Origin: Glycera tridactyla
Taxonomy: Eukaryota
NCBI GenBank assembly: GCA_965644265.1
Contig: OZ286462.1
Location: 49,538,001-49,602,000 of the forward strand
Direction of reading: 5' to 3'
Length of the DNA: 64,000 nt
Shown here: positions 51,511 through 64,000 of the stretch, piece after piece
How positions within the stretch are numbered: the first letter of the stretch is position 1
How the letters are laid out: each line of letters begins with the position of its first letter
Made by a program: the position numbers and the translations under genes
The notes under the pieces: generated by a model
The model's input: the letters and a program-made list of their open reading frames with translations, nothing else
The model's database searches: none
Told to the model about the DNA's origin: nothing

Positions 51511-54500
51511 TGGCTGGTTGGTTCTGGTTTGACGTCATGTCAGCAGCTCCATGTGAGCTATATTGTGACGCCCATGCAATGGCCATGGGTGTGATCATTC
51601 AAGACTACCCCCTTCTAGGATCCCAACAGAAGATGGAAATTTATGAAATTCAGACACTCAAGGTGCCATTTCTGTGGTGGTGGTGGTGGTGGCTGACATG
51701 TGGAAGGGTTATAGCACAATGTATCTTACAAGTCGAAGAAACTATGGTCCAACATCTGCAGCGGCCAAAGATTCAAGGTCATACTCCAGGTTTATTGTTA
51801 CTGCGTAATTCTTTGGAGTAAGTGTCCTGCAAAGACCAGGCATACGATGATGGACTTTTGCCGCGATTTGGCCATTCATTATTCCTATATTAGTTGAGAT
51901 GTAACGATTGATTGGTTACTTCGTTAGCTGTTTTACGTCCCCTGAGCACCAACTGGGCTATATTGGGACGCCCGTGCAATGTTAGAGGATGTGACGCCCG
52001 CGACGACGTACTGCCCTAAATGTTGCCAAAAAGTGGCCTCACGTCGAGGGTATATTAGTCTATATTGAATAAAATACCCAAAATATGGTTTTTCATCTGA
52101 GGTGGTCTCTCGACATGGCGTCTTTTGTCTTGAATTTCACTGTATAATCAAATAAAGCATTGACTGATTGATCGGTCATAGTTTGATAGCATGTATCTTT
52201 CCAAAGATTCATGTATGCCGTGTGTTCCAGATTCATGAAAGCTAGATGCTCTGTCCCCTGCAAGCACCTCTCACAGGGATTTTCTTGCCCGGGAATATGT
52301 ATGGGTCTTTCGGGCACATTGATGCACATTTCATGTGCCATTTCGGATTTGTGTGTGCCTCAAACCATGTAATCATATCACAAAGTATGGAGAATTTCAT
52401 CTGCCTTCTAGGCACAAGATATACGGTTTAATGTGCCCATTCACAACTTTGTGCCATTTGCCACAGCGCAAAATTATCCCTGCCCTCATCAACCCAGAAC
52501 ACAATATGTAAGATATAATTATTGATATCAGTGTGAGAACTTATGGTCTGCAGGATCATTTTACACCCTCATCGATATCTATCTTGAACATTGTATGAAG
52601 GACACGTGAGTTGACTTCGGATGGAATCACACTGAAAATCTTGTTTTACAAATTCACAGCCAAGCTGTCCTATCCTGTGTATGTATCAATAGCCCATAAC
52701 ACTTGGATCTTAAAGAGTGCAGCTAACCCATATGATATCTTGCGGGTTCGCAACTCTATTTTTCCAGAGGGTTGGTTGCTTCTAGTTTAACGTCACGTCA
52801 GCTACATTTGTGCTATATTGTGAGGCCTATAATATAGGCATGGGTGGGATCATTCTGGACTCCTTCTGGGTCCCCAACAGAAGGCTAAAATTCACAGGAA
52901 GTCAGTGTTTTTCAGAGGGTCACTGTCTTTCAATGGAACTATTCTCCACTACCCTGGACCAATACAGATATTGCACAGGCTTTACCCAGTCCAACACTGA
53001 ATATGTTGGCAACAAAATAAAAAGTTACTTGGGCTCTGAAGCTGAAATAAAGTATTATGAGAGCACCATAGAGCATCCCCAAAGAAGGTGGTACCTCAAC
53101 CTACTCAAATTGTTGGTCTGTTTAATGTTTTGGCATCTCAGCTTAGTACTACTGTAAGAGTGTGAAGGCTCTGATCTTCCCAGTGCTGTTGTTAGCTATT
53201 TATGGGTGACAGGTCTGATCTTGGCAAGACACAATCCTCTGCCTGTGATTTATATTCGAACCCTCCTTCCTGGTGCTTGCATGCTGAGAAGGGGCATCAG
53301 TGTATCTGTTTTTTTGTAGTCAATTATCATAGCACCACCGCTAACCTAGGACCATTGTTTTCAGATACCAGATAGACCCTCACACCATCAGGCATTACTG
53401 CCCTGGTGAAATTGAACAAGAGGATGATCATAAAGGGACAACTAGATGGGGATTGACTGATCACTTTTGAGAGACAGCAATTTACTGGACAACTGGAAAA
53501 ATTCTAAAGATTGACTGGTTGGAGCTTAGTGGCGTGTATAAATGAAATAGATTGATAATTTTCATTTGATTTTGTCGACAATGTAAAGTATACAAAATAC
53601 CAGCTCCAGTGCGACGAAAAAAGAACATGTAAACAGCATATCATTACTTAACTATGAAATGGTGACGGTGAACTAAGAATGAAAATAATGAGATGGTGAT
53701 ACACAGTTTGGGTGTCTACTTAAAAGTCGACTATTCTATTCAAAAATGATGGAAAGAAAAATGAGAATAATAAATGAGCACTAATTCTAGTGCATAACTG
53801 ATACCAACAACATAATAGATATGATGATTTCAAATGAAGGAAATTCTTTGAACACATCAGTATTACAGGCTTCAAAATTGGTATTATGTACGTCATATGC
53901 TCGGGATCTAAGAAAGCTGGAGGTTCTGTCCCTTGCAGGCATCAGTCTTACAACCCTACACACAGAATAAATCAAATAACTGATGAAGTTCTGAAGGCAT
54001 TATTGTCCTGGACAAACAAGCAGATTCAGTTGTATCAATGATTTTATTAACAAAATGCAAAAATAAACGAAGCATGCCAGGTATCATTCACATAAATGGG
54101 ATACTTTCTCTAACATGATTTCAAATATGCGAATGTATTTGCAATGCTGATTCATCACTTCACTGTGACATCAGGAAAACTGACCCTGTAATATCAACCT
54201 GCCTGGCTTATTCATGTATAGGGTACATGCAAAGCATTTATGATTTTTTCCCCTACCTGCCCCAAGGAAAATCTACTTGGCCCATACAGGTGGGCTGCAA
54301 TCTTTTCCCACCCTTTATTTGACCAGAATATGCAAGTGATCTGTAACATTTTTGGCTCAAGTCACTAAAAGTTCCCAACAATAGACCCATGAACACTGCC
54401 CTGAAGAAATATTACAGGTGACCAATATAGATGAGTACTCACATAATTGACAGAAAAAATACTTGTAACATAATTAAGCACATATGAAATAATCATCAAT

Positions 54501-54960
54501 AACTGCTCTGTTCTGAACTCAATCAACAGTGGGTAAGACTGCATCAGAAGTGTCAATATTACCCCCCCCCCCAAAAAAAACCCAAACCAAATAGACCCAC
54601 ATTTTGATGCAACTGAGGTGGTCTTTCTTGACATACTAATTATTACTCCTAAATCGAAATGGGTGGTATCTCTGCAACTGCACTATTCCAAGCAGCATCT
54701 GAGTCAGGGTTTGGTTTAACATTAGCTGTATCAATCATGTGGAGGGAGATTCTATAATCAGGAGATATGGAAGTGATTCTTATCATCCATTTCACACAAG
54801 TCTCTGTATTAAAAGACCATCTCTAAGTCATGTGGGGAGTATCAACCAATCGTCAGGAACTCCTTTCAAAGAGTACAAGAATTTTCTCCGATCAAGAATA
54901 GGGAAAAGAATTGTGGCAATGATTAAATGGCATATATTCGCAATGAGACTAGTTCCATGG

Positions 54961-55430
54961 TAGTTTTCGAATAAAACCACCCTCCAAAATCTCTCGCAGA
55001 GTGAATTGGATTTCGGGAGAGTGAAAAGACCTAACTCACTCTTTCAATGGGATAGCATAAATTTCTCAGTTGATGAGAAAAAGATTTAGTGTCAAGACAG
55101 GATGACAGAGTTCTGACTCCACCAACAGAAAACAGCCTATTCTCTACAAGATGACTTTGTATATACTTGCGCATTTATGATTCTGATGATCAAACTTCAG
55201 CAATACATGAGTTTGTAGGCCTCATGGAACCACTCACATAATTCAAAATCTATGTCTTGATTAGGCAATTATTCACAAAAATATCTTTCTCTGGAAATAA
55301 CCCAATTTCAGCTAGTTTCCCTTTTTGAACTTCCACATATTCAGGAGAATGGACTTATCATTGAGAGAGTGATTCTTACAGTCTGCAGTCCAAATGGGAG
55401 AGTGGCTGAGAAAGTTTTCCGTAAAGACTG
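54961..55430. mobile_element. hAT-like MITE, GGGAGAGTGA family (diverged copy)
   Basis: Homologous to 56596-56957 at both ends; flanks CCATGG/CCATGA. Confidence 0.6.
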
Positions 55431-56233
55431 CCATGATCCCTAGTATACATCACTCTTTGGATGCGATGAATGTCATAAAAAACAAAGAACTTTCAGGTTC
55501 AGACTAACAAAAGCAATGTTGTCAATCATGAGTACTCATACTGCTGACGTTTGGTGTTTCAGATGCCATCTGGTGACTTTCTTCAGCTCCAATCATGAAT
55601 GGGTGAGATGAGCTGATGATGTTGTGAACTCCCAATATATATTCGGTAGGGTGTGGCATACCCGGTCTTGATTCAATTAGCACTCCTTATCATATCATAT
55701 GCTGGGTGATCACATATATCCAAGTCATCACTAATGCTCCCAAGTTTCCAGGCACACAATGGATGATTCTAACAATGACCATAACACACTGCGGTAGAAT
55801 ACATTCTTGGTTAAGAATGTAAATCAGCAACATTACACGATTTCAACCTTGAACAACCACTGCAAAAAAAGGTCAAAATCTCAGTACAGAACCAAAGTAA
55901 AGAAAATACTGAAAAACAACTCTGAAATTCAAAATACCTCCCAATTGTCAAACTCAATAATTTGCACTAAATCTCAACTTTCATGTAGTGAGTCTGATCA
56001 AAGGATGAATGTCCTAGTGAAAAGAACATCAAATCACACTGCCAATTATTTTCATAGAGGCATCGATGTTGTTACAATTAATTTTCTTATGCTTAAGATT
56101 TCCTGCAAACACAGTGATGAGTGTTCTAAATATCTAAGTATGACTTTAAAGTTCTACAACAGAACCTGCAATGAAATCCCAAATGCCAGATCACTGCCGA
56201 CAAGTGACTGCTTTTGCAGAGCATAGTTCCTAT

Positions 56234-57288
56234 AGCGAGAACGAATGGGTATTGATTAAAATGGCGATATACCACGAGGCGGGGCCGCCGTTTTACGGCA
56301 CGAGGCCGTAGGCCGAGTGTCGTAACACGGCAGCCCCACCGAGTGGTATATCGCCATTTTAATCAATACCCATTCGTTCTCGCTTTTATACCACAGATAA
56401 TACAGTTAATGAAGAAATGGCACAACGAAATCAATTCCAAAGAAGATCAGACTGGCTGAAACGGACGTCGTATACTGCGTATAAATACGACAACGAAGGC
56501 CGTGTTGCGCTGAATCTACGAACATGCCCGACGCACCAAATCGGTTAGACATTTTGGTTCCCAGGCCCCATAAGTTATACCGATTCTCCGACATTCAGTC
56601 TTCGAATTTAGCACTCTCCCGAATCCCCGGGAGAGTGAATTTGATTTCGGGAGAGTGAAACTTCCAACTCACTCACCCAATGGGAGAGTGGACATTTTTC
56701 AGTTTATGTGAGAGTGATGGATTTTCTGTGAAGACAGAACACCACAATTTTGATTACACCAACTAATAATCCCTAGTCCCTGTGAGTAGGCTTTGCATTC
56801 GCCTGCACATGCATGATTCTGAAGAACTAACCTCAGGAAAATATATATTAGCGGGACTTGCACAAATTCGGGAGAGTGAATTCATTTTCGGGAGAGTGAT
56901 TCTCCCAATCTGCTCTCCCGATGGGAGAGTGGCTGAAAAAGTTTTTCGTGAAGACTGGACATTAATCTGTACATTCTTTGGTAATAAAGCAATGACCATG
57001 TCATAATTCATGACGATGATTAGATCAGGGTGCAAAAAACCCAGTGTCAGAGTATGAAAATGAGAGAAATGCATAGTATTATTTTAGGGCTTTGCCAACC
57101 GATCCGCCGGTTGGTTCTCATTTTCGGTTTTTGCTAACATGTCCATCGGTGGGCGTGGTTTGATGACGTCACAGGCGGGGCCGCCGTTTTACGGCCCGCC
57201 AGCCGTGGTATATTTCGTCAGCGTGGTATATTTCACACAATATACCACGGCCCCGTTCCTCACGCTCGCAGTCGTATCTGTGGTATAA
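56234..57288. mobile_element. Non-autonomous element with a long hairpin and TATACCAC motifs (possibly Crypton-like), with nested MITE
   Basis: Perfect 42-bp inverted arms 56234-56275 and 56343-56384; 14-bp inverted repeat 56386-56399 and 57275-57288. Confidence 0.55.
56596..56957. mobile_element. hAT-like MITE, GGGAGAGTGA family
   Basis: TIR CAGTCTTC/GAAGACTG, flanked by GACATT on both sides. Confidence 0.7.
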
Positions 57289-57400
57289 TATTTGATATTC
57301 TTCTGATGAGACAACATATGAGAGTATATTACCATGGAGTAGAGGTCCATAATAAGGATGATCTGCTGATTTCATATATGAAATGAAAGCATGGAGAATA

Positions 57401-57577
57401 CAGTCGAACCTCTCTACAAAGACCACCTTTGGTCGCATCAAAAAGTGGTCTTTATGAGCAGGTGGTCTTTATAGAGAGGTCATTTACTGTTGAAAATACT
57501 ACCACGGTCGCAGCTAGGGTGGTCTTCATAGAGAGGTGGTCTCTATAGAGAGGTGGTCTTTAGAGCAGGTTCGACTG
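57401..57577. mobile_element. MITE family A copy 4
   Basis: CAGTCGAACC...GGTTCGACTG, TA TSD, 177 bp. Confidence 0.85.
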
Positions 57578-57674
57578 TATGTTAAACCATCTAGATCCAT
57601 TACTGCGCCCATTATAGGTCAGATGAATGATGAATCAAACTGACAAAAATATGATCATCTTTTCAAATACTCAC

Positions 57675-63835
<6,161 letters not shown>

Positions 63836-64000
63836 CTACATGAAATTCAGAAATTAATATATGTCATCAACAATGGGCAGAAATGATTTAACAATGTGCT
63901 GAGCTGGGCTTCATCAATTCCATCAAAGTCTATCCCATTCGAAAATAGAAGAGAGGGTAGTGAGTGAGCCTCTTTGGTATATACAGGGGTTGAGGTGCCC

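Noticed and set aside
53787-53975. RAD50 terminal exon
   Set aside because: The acceptor near 53957 is good, but the phase-compatible frame shows no similarity to RAD50 C-termini; left unresolved.

Overview
Eukaryotic, intron-rich animal genomic DNA from a draft scaffold with three N gaps. The repeat landscape suggests a marine invertebrate bilaterian (inference; the species cannot be named from this window). Three genes were reconstructed exon by exon with GT-AG sites and consistent phases: EXOSC9/RRP45 (+, 11 exons in window, first exon upstream), a complete 8-exon cyclin A (-, 435 aa) facing it tail-to-tail as in human 4q27, and the 3' part of RAD50 (-). The most unusual structure is in one EXOSC9 intron. 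A 7.8-kb hAT-type insertion (perfect 8-bp TSD) contains a 5.3-kb Helentron/HINE-type element. That element carries a 147-bp satellite with a pentameric higher-order repeat, itself interrupted by two younger non-autonomous transposons. Also present: several MITE families, a Sola2-like element, a hairpin element, SINEs, and possible decayed HS2ST/UST-like sulfotransferase relics between cyclin A and RAD50. No rRNA, intact tRNA, CRISPR array or intact transposase was seen. Coordinates were read by hand; degenerate repeat edges are approximate.
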